From the NCBI GenBank assembly GCA_963678315.1, contig OY782781.1, forward strand, positions 96,001 to 160,000: a stretch of 64,000 nt of DNA. Reading direction: 5' to 3'. The position numbers and the translations under genes were made by a program. Source of the DNA: Candidatus Cloacimonadales bacterium (GTDB taxonomy: Bacteria > Cloacimonadota > Cloacimonadia > Cloacimonadales > JAFGVF01). Below are positions 50,052-60,010 of this stretch, piece after piece; positions within the stretch are counted from its first letter, which is position 1; each line of letters begins with the position of its first letter. The notes below the pieces were generated by a model, which was not told the DNA's origin, made no database searches, and saw nothing but the letters and a program-made list of their open reading frames with translations.

Positions 50052-50675
50052 TTAGAATTTAAATCCGAATCCTGAAGATGCTCCATAAGAGACTCCATAC
50101 TGGTGCGCTGTTCCTTTTATTTCTAATGGGATAAGAAAAGCACCAAGACCAAAAGAAATTCCCGCTTTGGCAGTTACTCCCAAAGTCCAATCATAATCAA
50201 TTTCTTCATAGACATCTTCTAAGATAGGCACTTTAATAACAGAAGGTCCGATTAGACCAAAACCTCTTAATCTGAAATATGCTCTAGAAGGGATAAATGA
50301 CCTATCAATTCCAATCAGACCACTTAAGCCCCTTTCATTGAAAGACTCATAATCACCATTTACATCATCACACATAATGTCATAGTAACTGATTTCGTAA
50401 GATAACTTGTTGGTAATCACTCTCAGAGAAAGACTTAGAATCTGTTCATCATAATATTCAGAACTATAATTTTTATAAGCATCTAGGCTAATATCTCCAG
50501 ATGTAGAAGTGAAAATTACGTTTTCAACTACTAAGCTATCATTTTCACCAATATAATAAAATGGTTCCTCAGCTACTATTGAAGAAATACCGAGTAGTGT
50601 AAATATTATAAAAATTAAACTCATTGGGGCAGCATTACGAAAAGGGTATATACTTATATTTCTTTGTTGTTTCAT
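50052..50675 (-). CDS. Small outer-membrane beta-barrel-like protein
   Basis: Signal peptide (true start may be the downstream Met); C-terminus GFGFKF. Confidence 0.6.
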   Translation of the reverse strand: MKQQRNISIYPFRNAAPMSLIFIIFTLLGISSIVAEEPFYYIGENDSLVVENVIFTSTSGDISLDAYKNYSSEYYDEQILSLSLRVITNKLSYEISYYDIMCDDVNGDYESFNERGLSGLIGIDRSFIPSRAYFRLRGFGLIGPSVIKVPILEDVYEEIDYDWTLGVTAKAGISFGLGAFLIPLEIKGTAHQYGVSYGASSGFGFKF

Positions 50676-50746
50676 ATTATTCTCTCTTAAATCTAAATCA
50701 TAACAAAAATAAAAGCTATGTGATAATTAAGTCAATTAGAAAATTA

Positions 50747-51391
50747 TTAGAAGTTAACTCCTACTCCCAAAATTGTATTAAAGTGTGCAGATTTATGTCC
50801 CAGTTTTAAATTCATTTCACCTATCAGACTGAATCTACTTATTGAGGCAACAATAGCAGTTTTTCCACAAATACCATAGTTAAGGTCACTATCATCCTCA
50901 TCCTCTTCCTCTTCTTCAGAATCATAATCTTTTTCTTGATCAGCTATAGACAAACATAACCCACCATGAAAAAGGAGTTCTAAAGCAACCAGATTTTTAT
51001 CTGCTACGATTTGGACATTCTTTCCTGCCATTGCAAATAAACCAAGATCAACAAAATTATATTCTCCAACAACAACTGGATTTATAACATGGTCAACAAT
51101 CTGGTTTTGAGTTAAGTCAAACTTTCCACTTACAAGATAGCCTCCTAATTGAAAGCCAAATGAATCCTTTACCCACATTGCTGTAAATTGTGAGTAGTTT
51201 GTATCCTTTGCTCCTGAATAACCATCAACATAAAGAAGAGTATGTCCTGAGCTTGCATGAAGAGAGAAGCGACCATCTTTTAAGCTCTCATGATTGCCTA
51301 GAGTATCTTGTTCCATTAATTCATAATCCTGACAATTGCCAATTGCTATCAAAAAAATATTCACTATCACTAAAAAAACTAATTTGTTCAT
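50747..51391 (-). CDS. Small outer-membrane beta-barrel-like protein with acidic loop
   Basis: Signal peptide; DSEEEEEDEDD loop; C-terminus LGVGVNF. Confidence 0.6.
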   Translation of the reverse strand: MNKLVFLVIVNIFLIAIGNCQDYELMEQDTLGNHESLKDGRFSLHASSGHTLLYVDGYSGAKDTNYSQFTAMWVKDSFGFQLGGYLVSGKFDLTQNQIVDHVINPVVVGEYNFVDLGLFAMAGKNVQIVADKNLVALELLFHGGLCLSIADQEKDYDSEEEEEDEDDSDLNYGICGKTAIVASISRFSLIGEMNLKLGHKSAHFNTILGVGVNF

Positions 51392-51446
51392 TACTTTTAT
51401 CTATCCTTATCAATGAATTTTCTACATTAGACCAATATCTTTATTC

Positions 51447-52049
51447 TTACAATCTTAAACCAATACCCAAAGCAGTATTAGCTAATAATTCAAAATCAGA
51501 ACCAAATAAAGTGTAATCCAATGTAATTGCAACTATTTTATAGGATAATGACAAACCTGTTCTAAACTCAACAGCAACATCTCCACCAAAATCATCTTCA
51601 TCTACATAGCCTTGGTGGATTAGTAATCCAGGTCCTAATAATAAGTGTAGTTTTAATTTTAAATCATCTTTAGAATATATATCCCAATCCTTACCCACAA
51701 GTGCACATAAAACCTGATTGTCGTCTTCAAGTTCTTTATATTTGTAGTCATAAGTCCACTCATTATAGTAGACTTTACTATGATGATAGTTAAGTTCCAA
51801 GGCCCACTTCTTCTTAGTAACTAATCTTGCTGTTATTCTTTGGAATTTAAATTCATAATCTTCCCACAGATTAGTAGATTGAAAGTAGGGGGAAGATTCA
51901 TTAGTATAATAAAGATATAGTTCATATCCATTTTCTTTAAAAGATTCATATAGCGATTTATTGCTTGTTTCTGTCTTAGTGACAGCAAACAAGGAAACAG
52001 ATGAATAGAGCATAGTAACTAAAATAATAATTAATAATCGACATTTCAT
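51447..52049 (-). CDS. Small outer-membrane beta-barrel-like protein
   Basis: Signal peptide; amphipathic strands; C-terminus LGIGLRL. Confidence 0.62.
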   Translation of the reverse strand: MKCRLLIIILVTMLYSSVSLFAVTKTETSNKSLYESFKENGYELYLYYTNESSPYFQSTNLWEDYEFKFQRITARLVTKKKWALELNYHHSKVYYNEWTYDYKYKELEDDNQVLCALVGKDWDIYSKDDLKLKLHLLLGPGLLIHQGYVDEDDFGGDVAVEFRTGLSLSYKIVAITLDYTLFGSDFELLANTALGIGLRL

Positions 52050-52065
52050 TAAGAAGGCTCCTTAT

Positions 52066-52365
52066 TTAAATCCTGACTCCAATTCCCAGAACTGTGGTTG
52101 ATAGCAAATCATAGTCTGTTATAAACAATGTATAATCCAAAGATAATAAGAAGAATTTATAGGTCAAAGTTGTTCCACTTTTTAGTTGACCCCCAAAAGT
52201 GTTTCCTAGGTTGTCATGAGAATAGTATAGGTAGAGATTATAGCCTTTATCTTTGAATGATTTATATATTGATTTATCTTCTTCTATCGAATCACTAGCA
52301 AAAGATTTTTCGCTAAAAATAAGCATTAAAATACCAAGAAATATAACCAAATACTTTTTGTTCAT
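52066..52365 (-). CDS. Internally shortened paralog of 51447-52049
   Basis: KSIYKSFKDKGYNLYLYY vs KSLYESFKENGYELYLYY; LDYTLF..LGIGVRI vs LDYTLF..LGIGLRL; about 100 central residues absent. Confidence 0.65.
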   Translation of the reverse strand: MNKKYLVIFLGILMLIFSEKSFASDSIEEDKSIYKSFKDKGYNLYLYYSHDNLGNTFGGQLKSGTTLTYKFFLLSLDYTLFITDYDLLSTTVLGIGVRI

Positions 52366-52403
52366 AAGTCTCCCCTTTGATTTAATAAGTCCTAACTATA
52401 CTT

Positions 52404-52432
52404 ACAATAGCCTAAATATATTAATATGTCAA
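52404..52432 (-). promoter_or_regulatory. Sigma-70-like promoter of the small-barrel array
   Basis: Minus strand TTGACA-N17-TATTGT. Confidence 0.55.
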
Positions 52433-52762
52433 TTTATTAATTTCCAATTGAAGCTTTTCTAGTTGATTTACATTTTATAGGTTTTATATCTCAATATACA
52501 CCTTTGATTTACATTTGGGAAATTATAAGCCTATCAATTTTCAAAATTCAAGCAAACTATTTTACTTTTTCAATAATATTCTTGAGTGAATTTCATGTGT
52601 TCTAGTTTAATAACACAGCTAAAATTCTGAACATTTTTGATAAAAATCAACATTATTCAATGCAATGAACATAGAACTTATCTAATTACCATTTTTTTTC
52701 TTTACAAAAGAATAGTTTGAAATCTTATAGTATTAAAAATAATATTCAAAGAGGATATAGAG

Positions 52763-54154
52763 ATGAATAAAATTGGTTTTGATTTTCCTGAACAAGCCCG
52801 TACTACTATCTTAACTGATGCTGAAAACAACTGGTATATGCCACTTCTTGCTGAAAAATTAGGAAGGGATCTTGTTCCTGCTAAAAGAAGTAATTTTGGA
52901 CAATATGATATGGCTGTTAACTATGTGACTTCTGTTATTGAAGAATCAAAAGCTGTTGAAAAAGTTGCTGTTTATAATATTGACCACATGGCTCAAATCA
53001 AGTTTGAAGGTAAAGATGCTGCTAAATTATTAGACAGAACTCTTCCTGCAAATGTTGGTGGTATGAAGATTGGTCAATGTAAATATTCTCTTCTTCTTAA
53101 CGAAGAAGGTGGCGTGCAAGATGACTTAATCATAATGAGAGTCAGCGATCAACAGTTTATCTTAGTAATCAATGCTGGTCATGATATTACAGGTAAAGGT
53201 ATGGACCATGGTCATGAAGTTGAATTTATCTCTGATGCTGATAGAATTCTCAAATATAAAGAAGATGGCGAAGATGTTACTGTAACTGATATTTCAGCAG
53301 ACTATGCAAAAATTGATGTTCAAGGACCACTAAGCTATAGATTAATAAAAGAATTATACGGTGTTGAAGTTCTTAAAAATAGAAACAAGCCAGAAAAAAA
53401 CATGGCTTATTTCACATTTAATGAATTTGATTATGAAGGACATCACTACTTTATTTCTAGAACTGGTTACACTAACAGATGGGGTTGGGAACTTTATGTA
53501 CCAGCTGCTGTTGCTGTTGAACAATTCAAAAGAATCGTTACTAAAGCTCTTGATTTAGATGGTTTATTAGTTGGACTTGGTGGTAGAGATGAAAATAGAA
53601 TCTCTGCCGGTGCAAACGGTCTTCCTTTAATGGGACAAGAATACAAACCTGAATGGTCTCCTGTTAACACTCCTCTCTTCAAAGCAGCTTGTGACTTTAC
53701 AAAAGACTTCTTTGTTGGTAAAGAAGCAATTGAAAAAGTTATTAATGATGGCTGTAACAAAAGAATGTCTATTGTTATCTCTGAAGGTATTGTTGTTGAT
53801 AGAGATGTTTACCTTAATGGTAAAAAAATTGGTATCTGTACTTCATCTATCAACTCTCCAAACGTATCACAAGAGAAAAGAGAATTTATCGGTTCAAAAC
53901 GTAAATCTGTTAATGGACAAGATGGTGTTGCTGCAATCGGTCTTGTATGGTTAGACGAAAATCCATTCGAAATTGATGCAGAAGGTAATGAGATTCTTGA
54001 AAAAGATGGTCAAGCAATTAGAATTCCTGTTGAATTCTTTAGAGTAGACGCAGAAGGTAATCCTAAAGGTAAAGCAGCTTTAGGTTATATCATTGCTGAT
54101 GGTATCTCTCCAGCAACTGCTCCTAAACCTTTAAAAAGAATCCAAAATTTATAA
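52763..54154 (+). CDS. gcvT: Aminomethyltransferase (glycine cleavage T protein family)
   Basis: NIDHM, LNEEGGVQDDL, INAG, VQGP, SRTGYT..GWELY. Confidence 0.8.
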   Translation: MNKIGFDFPEQARTTILTDAENNWYMPLLAEKLGRDLVPAKRSNFGQYDMAVNYVTSVIEESKAVEKVAVYNIDHMAQIKFEGKDAAKLLDRTLPANVGGMKIGQCKYSLLLNEEGGVQDDLIIMRVSDQQFILVINAGHDITGKGMDHGHEVEFISDADRILKYKEDGEDVTVTDISADYAKIDVQGPLSYRLIKELYGVEVLKNRNKPEKNMAYFTFNEFDYEGHHYFISRTGYTNRWGWELYVPAAVAVEQFKRIVTKALDLDGLLVGLGGRDENRISAGANGLPLMGQEYKPEWSPVNTPLFKAACDFTKDFFVGKEAIEKVINDGCNKRMSIVISEGIVVDRDVYLNGKKIGICTSSINSPNVSQEKREFIGSKRKSVNGQDGVAAIGLVWLDENPFEIDAEGNEILEKDGQAIRIPVEFFRVDAEGNPKGKAALGYIIADGISPATAPKPLKRIQNL

Positions 54155-54192
54155 ACTAGTAACTGTTTAAGATATAGTTAAATAAAAGATTG

Positions 54193-54231
54193 AACCGGTT
54201 GCTTAGAATAATCTAAGAGCCGGTTTTTTTT
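54193..54231 (+). terminator. Rho-independent terminator after gcvT
   Basis: aaccggtt..cttaga/tctaag..gccggtt plus T-tract. Confidence 0.75.
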
Positions 54232-54272
54232 GTGCTGTTGTTTTGTCTGTGAGCATCAACTGCTAGCTTTTC

Positions 54273-54408
54273 GTAGAGACGTTTGGAAAAACGTCTCAAA
54301 AGGATGGAGTGTAAGCATCCGCCGTTAGGGCTGAGCTGAGCTCATGCTTACGCTATTCATTTTCGTAAACTAGGACAGTAACAGGCGAAGACTGTAAGTT
54401 ACAATCCC
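54273..54408. repeat. REP-like cluster homologous to 18297-18535
   Basis: gtagagacgttt-ggaa-aaacgtctc; aggatggagtgtaagcatcc..catgcttacg; gga.agtaac..cgaagactgta..ttacaatccc. Confidence 0.82.
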
Positions 54409-54674
54409 AGTTAAATTCTAGCAAAACCTTAGTAAAAACTCAACATTCTTTTCAATACTTTTCTATCTTTATATTCTCTTTTAATATTAATATTTATTAA
54501 TTATATTATCTTGCATTCAATTATTGACTATGTTAGCCAGAAAGATTTTAAATTGCTTAATCCCTTTAAAAAAGCATCCTAGCAAGAAAGACATTTAAAA
54601 ATACGATTTGTCTTGACACATACAATCGATATATATTTATCGGTATTATATTAATGATTAATTTGGAGGTACAC

Positions 54675-55079
54675 ATGGAAACATGCGTTATCAGACTTAG
54701 AATGAGTCAAGCAGATGCACACTATGGTGGAAACCTAGTAGATGGAGCAAAGATGTTGCAGTTATTTGGTGATGTAGCTACAGAGCTATTAATCAGGAAT
54801 GATGGTGATGAAGGCTTGTTTGCAGGATATGAATCAACTCAATTCTTAGCACCTGTTTATGCTGGTGACTATATTGAGGCTTGTGGTAGAATAGTCAAAG
54901 TTGGTAATTCTTCAAGAAGAATGGAATTTGAAGCAAGAAAAGTTATTGTTTCAAAACCTGAAATTAATGATTCAGCAGCAGAGATACTTACTGAACCAGT
55001 AATAGTTTGTCGTGCAGTAGGAACATGTGTAGTACCAAAAGATAAACAAAGATATAGTAACGAAAAGAAATCTGCATAG
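54675..55079 (+). CDS. kal: 3-aminobutyryl-CoA ammonia-lyase (hotdog fold)
   Basis: [53 protein letters not shown]; start moved to ATG 54675 after GGAGG. Confidence 0.9.
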   Translation: METCVIRLRMSQADAHYGGNLVDGAKMLQLFGDVATELLIRNDGDEGLFAGYESTQFLAPVYAGDYIEACGRIVKVGNSSRRMEFEARKVIVSKPEINDSAAEILTEPVIVCRAVGTCVVPKDKQRYSNEKKSA

Positions 55080-55089
55080 GTAATAATCT

Positions 55090-55854
55090 ATGAACAACAT
55101 AATATTCAAAAAAGAAAAACACATTGGTAAGATAATTATCAATCGTCCGGAAGCATTAAATGCTCTTAACAGTGATTTATTAAGAGAGCTAAATGAGCTC
55201 TTAACCGTCATTGAGAAGGACCAAGATCTGCGTGTAGTAATCATTACAGGAGCAGGAAGGTCATTTGTTGCTGGAGCTGATATCAAAGAAATGCAAGCTC
55301 TTACTTCCACAGAAGCTAGAGAATTTGCTCAACTTGGTTTAAGTGTTTTTAGAAGGATAGAAGAATTATCAATGCCAGTAATTGCCTGTGTTAATGGATT
55401 TGCTTTAGGTGGAGGCTGTGAGCTAGCCCTAGCTTGCGAGTTAAGAATTGCTTCAGAGAAAGCAAAGTTTGGACAACCTGAAGTAGGCTTAGGTGTAACA
55501 CCAGGATTTGGTGGAACTCAAAGACTTCCAAGACTAATTGGTCTTTCAAGAGCAAAGCAGATGATTTACACAGGTCAAATGATTGATGCATTGAAGGCAA
55601 AAGAGATTGGCTTAGTAAACGAAGTATTCACAGAAGAAATTCTTGAAGAAGAGACTATGAAGCTAGCAAATAAAATAGCAAGTCAATCTAAATCAGCTAT
55701 CAGCTTAGCCAAATCTGCAATCAATAAAGGTATTGAAACAAACTTAGCAAGTTCTATGGATATAGAGAGAAATCTCTTTGCTTTGTGTTTTTCAACAGAT
55801 GATCAAAAAGAAGGTATGCAAGCCTTTGTAGAAAAGAGAAAACCTACATTTTAG
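55090..55854 (+). CDS. crt: Crotonase (short-chain enoyl-CoA hydratase)
   Basis: [37 protein letters not shown]. Confidence 0.93.
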   Translation: MNNIIFKKEKHIGKIIINRPEALNALNSDLLRELNELLTVIEKDQDLRVVIITGAGRSFVAGADIKEMQALTSTEAREFAQLGLSVFRRIEELSMPVIACVNGFALGGGCELALACELRIASEKAKFGQPEVGLGVTPGFGGTQRLPRLIGLSRAKQMIYTGQMIDALKAKEIGLVNEVFTEEILEEETMKLANKIASQSKSAISLAKSAINKGIETNLASSMDIERNLFALCFSTDDQKEGMQAFVEKRKPTF

Positions 55855-55862
55855 GAGGAATT

Positions 55863-56717
55863 ATGTTAATAGGTATAATCGGTGCAGGAACTATGGGCTC
55901 AGGAATAGCACAAACATTTGCTATCAATAATCATCAAGTTATTCTTAATGATCTTGAAGAAGGCAGTTTAGATAGAGCTATAAAAGCTGTTACAAAAAGT
56001 TTAGATAGATTAATATCAAAAGAAAAGATCACTGAAGAAGTTAAAGCTTCTACTTTAGCTAATATTTCAACAAGCACTGACATCAATAATTTCAAAGACG
56101 TTGACATTGTGATTGAAGCAGTTGCTGAGAATATGGAAATTAAGAAATCTCTTTTTACACAATTAGATAATATATGTAAGAAAGAAACTATTATTGCAAC
56201 TAACACTTCTTCCCTATCAATTACTGAAATTGCAAGCGTAACCAAGCGTCCTGGCAAAATAATTGGAATGCACTTCTTTAATCCAGTTCCAGTTATGAAA
56301 TTGGTAGAAATCATTAAGGGCTTAGCAACTGATACAGAAACAGTTAAGACTATTAAAGATGTTGCTAGAGAAATAGGTAAAGAAGCTGTTGAAGTTAATG
56401 AGATGCCTGGTTTCGTTGTTAATAGGGTCTTAATTCCTATGATCAATGAAGCAATAGGAATTCTAGCTGATGATGTTGCTTCTGCAGAAGATATTGACAA
56501 TGCTATGAAACTAGGTGCTAACCACCCAATCGGTCCTTTAGCATTAGCTGATTTAATTGGTAATGATGTAAACCTTGCTATAATGGAGACTCTTTTTGAA
56601 GAGTTTGGTGATCCTAAATACAGACCACACCCATTATTAAAAAAATACGTAAAAGCTGGATTATTAGGTAGAAAATCAGGACGTGGCTTCTACGATTACA
56701 CAAAAAAAGCTAGTTAA
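55863..56717 (+). CDS. hbd: 3-hydroxybutyryl-CoA dehydrogenase
   Basis: [37 protein letters not shown]. Confidence 0.95.
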   Translation: MLIGIIGAGTMGSGIAQTFAINNHQVILNDLEEGSLDRAIKAVTKSLDRLISKEKITEEVKASTLANISTSTDINNFKDVDIVIEAVAENMEIKKSLFTQLDNICKKETIIATNTSSLSITEIASVTKRPGKIIGMHFFNPVPVMKLVEIIKGLATDTETVKTIKDVAREIGKEAVEVNEMPGFVVNRVLIPMINEAIGILADDVASAEDIDNAMKLGANHPIGPLALADLIGNDVNLAIMETLFEEFGDPKYRPHPLLKKYVKAGLLGRKSGRGFYDYTKKAS

Positions 56718-56754
56718 TAAATTATAATAAAATATACAAATAGATGAGGTAAAG

Positions 56755-57894
56755 ATGGATTTTAGTTTCGCTAAAGAGTATGAAGTATGCCGAAGCATGT
56801 TCAGAGAATTCGCTCTTAATGAAGTTAAGCCAATTGCACAAGAAGTAGACGAAGAAGAAAGATTCCCAGTTGAAACAGTGAAAAAGATGGCTGAATGTGG
56901 AATGATGGGAATTCCTATCCCAAAGGAGTATGGTGGACAAGGCTGTGATACATTAACCTATGTCATGGCTGTGGAAGAATTGTCTAAAGTATGTGGAACA
57001 ACAGGTGTTGTTTTATCTGCTCATACATCTTTATGTGCTGTTCCAATATTAGAATATGGTACAGATCAACAAAAACAAAAATATTTAGTTCCTCTGGCAA
57101 AAGGAGAAAAGGTTGGAGCTTTTGCTTTAACTGAACCTAACGCAGGAACTGATGCTGCATCTCAGCAAACAATTGCTGAAGATTGTGGTGATTATTATCT
57201 TATAAATGGTTCTAAAATTTTCATTACTAATGCAGGCTATGCAGATATATTTATTGTGATGGCAATGACAGATAAAAAAGCAGGAACAAGAGGTATCACA
57301 GCTTTCATTATGGAAAAAGGTATGCCTGGTTTCACTATAGGTAAACATGAAAAGAAGATGGGAATTAGAGGTTCATCAACAAGTGAATTAATCTTTGAAA
57401 ATGTTAAAGTTCCTAAAGAAAATCTTCTTGGTAAAGTCGGAAGAGGTTTCGGTTTAGCCATGAAAACACTTGATGGTGGAAGAATTGGTATAGCAGCTCA
57501 AGCTTTAGGATTATCTCAGGGCGCTCTTGATGAAACTATTAGCTATACTAAAGAAAGAAAGCAATTTGGTAGAGCTATCTCAAAGTTCCAAAATACTCAA
57601 TTCCAATTAGCAGATATGCACTGCAAGACAGATGCAGCTAGAAACTTAGTTTATAAAGCTGCCTGGAAGAAAGATCAGAAAATGCCTTACTCTGTTGATG
57701 CAGCAATGGCAAAGTTATTTGCAGCTGAAGTAGCTATGGAAGTAACAACTAAAGCAGTCCAACTTCATGGTGGATATGGTTATACTAGAGAGTATAATGT
57801 TGAAAGAATGATGCGTGATGCCAAGATTACTGAAATTTATGAAGGTACTTCTGAAGTTCAAAAAATGGTTATCGCTGGGTCAATTTTAAGGTAG
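56755..57894 (+). CDS. bcd: Butyryl-CoA dehydrogenase
   Basis: FALTEPNAGTDA, NGSKIFITN, LDGGRIGIAAQALG, IYEGTSEVQ. Confidence 0.94.
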   Translation: MDFSFAKEYEVCRSMFREFALNEVKPIAQEVDEEERFPVETVKKMAECGMMGIPIPKEYGGQGCDTLTYVMAVEELSKVCGTTGVVLSAHTSLCAVPILEYGTDQQKQKYLVPLAKGEKVGAFALTEPNAGTDAASQQTIAEDCGDYYLINGSKIFITNAGYADIFIVMAMTDKKAGTRGITAFIMEKGMPGFTIGKHEKKMGIRGSSTSELIFENVKVPKENLLGKVGRGFGLAMKTLDGGRIGIAAQALGLSQGALDETISYTKERKQFGRAISKFQNTQFQLADMHCKTDAARNLVYKAAWKKDQKMPYSVDAAMAKLFAAEVAMEVTTKAVQLHGGYGYTREYNVERMMRDAKITEIYEGTSEVQKMVIAGSILR

Positions 57895-57905
57895 AGGAGA
57901 TTGAA

Positions 57906-58691
57906 ATGAAAATAGTAGTATGTATAAAACAAGTTCCAAATACTAATGAAATAAGAATTGATCCTATCAAAGGTACGCTAATTAGAGATGGTGTTGAAAG
58001 CATCATGAATCCTGACGATAAAGCAGGTCTTGAAGCAGCTTTACAGATTAAAGATAAGTATGGAGATGTTACAATTACTGCCCTAACAATGGGACCTCAA
58101 CAGGCTAAAGAAATTCTTCGTGAAGCACTTGCTATGGGTGTTGACGAGGCTATACTTTTATCTGATAGATTCTTTGCTGGAGCTGATACTTGGGCAACTT
58201 CTCTTACAATTGCTTCTGCAATAAAGAAAATTGGTTTTGATGTAATTATTTGTGGAAGACAAGCTATTGATGGAGATACAGCGCAGGTCGGTCCTCAAAT
58301 AGCTGAACATCTAAAAATACCTCACGTATCTTATGTTTCTGATATAGTTAAAGAAGAAGGAAGCTTAGTGGTTAAACGCGAATTTGAAGACTTTTATCAA
58401 AGAATTAGACTTCCTTTCCCATGCTTAATTACTGCTCTTTCTGATATGAATAAAGCTCGTTACATGCAAGTTGGTAGAATCTTTGATGCTTACAGATCTT
58501 ATGAAATTAAAGAGATGGGACAAGCAGATATTGATATTAATCCAGAAGAACTTGGATTAAAAGGTTCACCTACTAAAGTTAGAAAAACTGAAACTAAAAA
58601 AGCAAAGAAAGCTGGCATAGTTCATGAATTATCAGCTAGAGAAAGCGCAGAAAAAATCATTTCTGCTCTTGAAGAAAAATATGTTATTTAG
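57906..58691 (+). CDS. etfB: Electron transfer flavoprotein beta subunit
   Basis: VCIKQVP, MNPDD, GADTWAT, GRQAIDGDTAQVG. Confidence 0.96.
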   Translation: MKIVVCIKQVPNTNEIRIDPIKGTLIRDGVESIMNPDDKAGLEAALQIKDKYGDVTITALTMGPQQAKEILREALAMGVDEAILLSDRFFAGADTWATSLTIASAIKKIGFDVIICGRQAIDGDTAQVGPQIAEHLKIPHVSYVSDIVKEEGSLVVKREFEDFYQRIRLPFPCLITALSDMNKARYMQVGRIFDAYRSYEIKEMGQADIDINPEELGLKGSPTKVRKTETKKAKKAGIVHELSARESAEKIISALEEKYVI

Positions 58692-58700
58692 GAGCTAGTA

Positions 58701-59723
58701 ATGAGAGATAATAATAAAAATGTAATGGTATATGTTGAAGTAAGACACAACAATATCCAGAATGTAGGACTTGAGCTTATTGGTAAAGCTCGTGACTTAG
58801 CTGATGCTCAAAATAGCAATGTTATTGCTGTAATCTTAGGAGATAAGATAACAGATGAACAAGCTCAAGATCTTATAGCTTATGGTGCAGATGAAGTAAT
58901 TGTAGCCAACCATGATTTATTAGCTACTTATATTAATGAATCATACACTAAGGTCTTAGTTGATATCATGAATGAGATTAATGTAGATTCAGCTCTGTTC
59001 GGTGCTTCTGCTATTGGTAGGGATCTGGCTCCAAGGGTATCTGCACGACTTCATACTGGTTTGACTGCAGATTGTACTGGACTTGAAGTTGACTTAGAAA
59101 AAGAACAACTTCTTATGACTAGACCAGCCTTTGGTGGTAACCTATTCGCTACAATCATCTGTCCTGACCATAAACCTCAAATGGCTTCTGTTAGACCAGG
59201 AGTAATGCAAAAGAAAGCAAAGGACCAAGCAAGAAAAGGTTCAATCATAAAGTGGAATGTTGAATTAGATAATTCTCACATAAACTATGAAGTTTTAGAA
59301 GAAGTAGTTATCAAAACTGAAAAGAAAAATATCGAAGAAGCTAATATTCTTGTATCAGCTGGTAGAGGTGTTGGTTCAGCTGATAACTTAGCAAAATTAT
59401 CTGATTTAGCAGACAATCTAGGAGCTATGGTTGCTGGTTCAAGAGCAGTTGTAGATGCTGGTTGGATTGAACACCAACAACAAGTTGGGCAAACAGGTAA
59501 AACAGTTAGACCTGAAGTTTACTTTGCTTTAGGTATTTCTGGAGCTATCCAACACGTTGCAGGTATGGAAGAATCTGATTTGATTATTGCTATAAATAAG
59601 AACCCTGAAGCACCTATCTTCGAAGTTGCAGATTTAGGCTTAGTCGGTGATGTTAACCAAATCATCCCTGAACTTACAAAATCACTTAAAGAATTAAAAG
59701 AAAGAAAGACCAACCTAATATAA
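58701..59723 (+). CDS. etfA: Electron transfer flavoprotein alpha subunit
   Basis: TGLTADCT, RPAFGGN, QVGQTGKTV, GISGAIQH. Confidence 0.96.
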   Translation: MRDNNKNVMVYVEVRHNNIQNVGLELIGKARDLADAQNSNVIAVILGDKITDEQAQDLIAYGADEVIVANHDLLATYINESYTKVLVDIMNEINVDSALFGASAIGRDLAPRVSARLHTGLTADCTGLEVDLEKEQLLMTRPAFGGNLFATIICPDHKPQMASVRPGVMQKKAKDQARKGSIIKWNVELDNSHINYEVLEEVVIKTEKKNIEEANILVSAGRGVGSADNLAKLSDLADNLGAMVAGSRAVVDAGWIEHQQQVGQTGKTVRPEVYFALGISGAIQHVAGMEESDLIIAINKNPEAPIFEVADLGLVGDVNQIIPELTKSLKELKERKTNLI

Positions 59724-59758
59724 ACTAAAACAATCAGCACATGCTGATTTTTCTCTCC

Positions 59759-59789
59759 AAGCAGACATTAAATAGTGTCTGCTTTTTTA
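59759..59789 (+). terminator. Rho-independent terminator after etfA
   Basis: aagcagaca-ttaaatag-tgtctgctt plus T-tract. Confidence 0.85.
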
Positions 59790-59909
59790 TGTTTCCCAAC
59801 CAAGATAATTACACTTTTAGCCGCAATAGTCAAGCCTAATGCATTATTTAGGTTAAAAGCTAAAAACTAATAAAGAATTAACATTTACTCACTTATTCCT
59901 TAGTAACTT

Positions 59910-59937
59910 CCTGCATTAAATCACTTTTTTATGCAGG
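59910..59937. repeat. CCTGCAT..ATGCAGG dispersed hairpin
   Basis: cctgcattaaatcacttttttatgcagg; relatives at 29457 and 49953. Confidence 0.8.
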
Positions 59938-60010
59938 AGGCTATTGATTTAACATAAAAAAAAGAGAGTGCTGATAAACAACACTCTCAATCTATATATA
60001 TTCTTTATAA

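Noticed and set aside
50052..52365. Possible integron cassette array
   Set aside because: The spacers between the four genes share no repeat or attC-like structure, there is no integrase, and the genes look like tandem paralogs.
52366..52762. Glycine riboswitch upstream of gcvT
   Set aside because: The region is very AT-rich and lacks recognisable glycine aptamer motifs.
54608..54625. Rex operator upstream of the kal-bcd operon (TTGT-N10-ACAA overlapping TTGACA)
   Set aside because: Only the outer 4 bp of each arm match and the inner positions do not, which is too weak in AT-rich DNA.
54654..54674. ORF-track start for kal at 54654
   Set aside because: GGAGG lies inside this extension just before ATG 54675, which fits the family N-terminus better.
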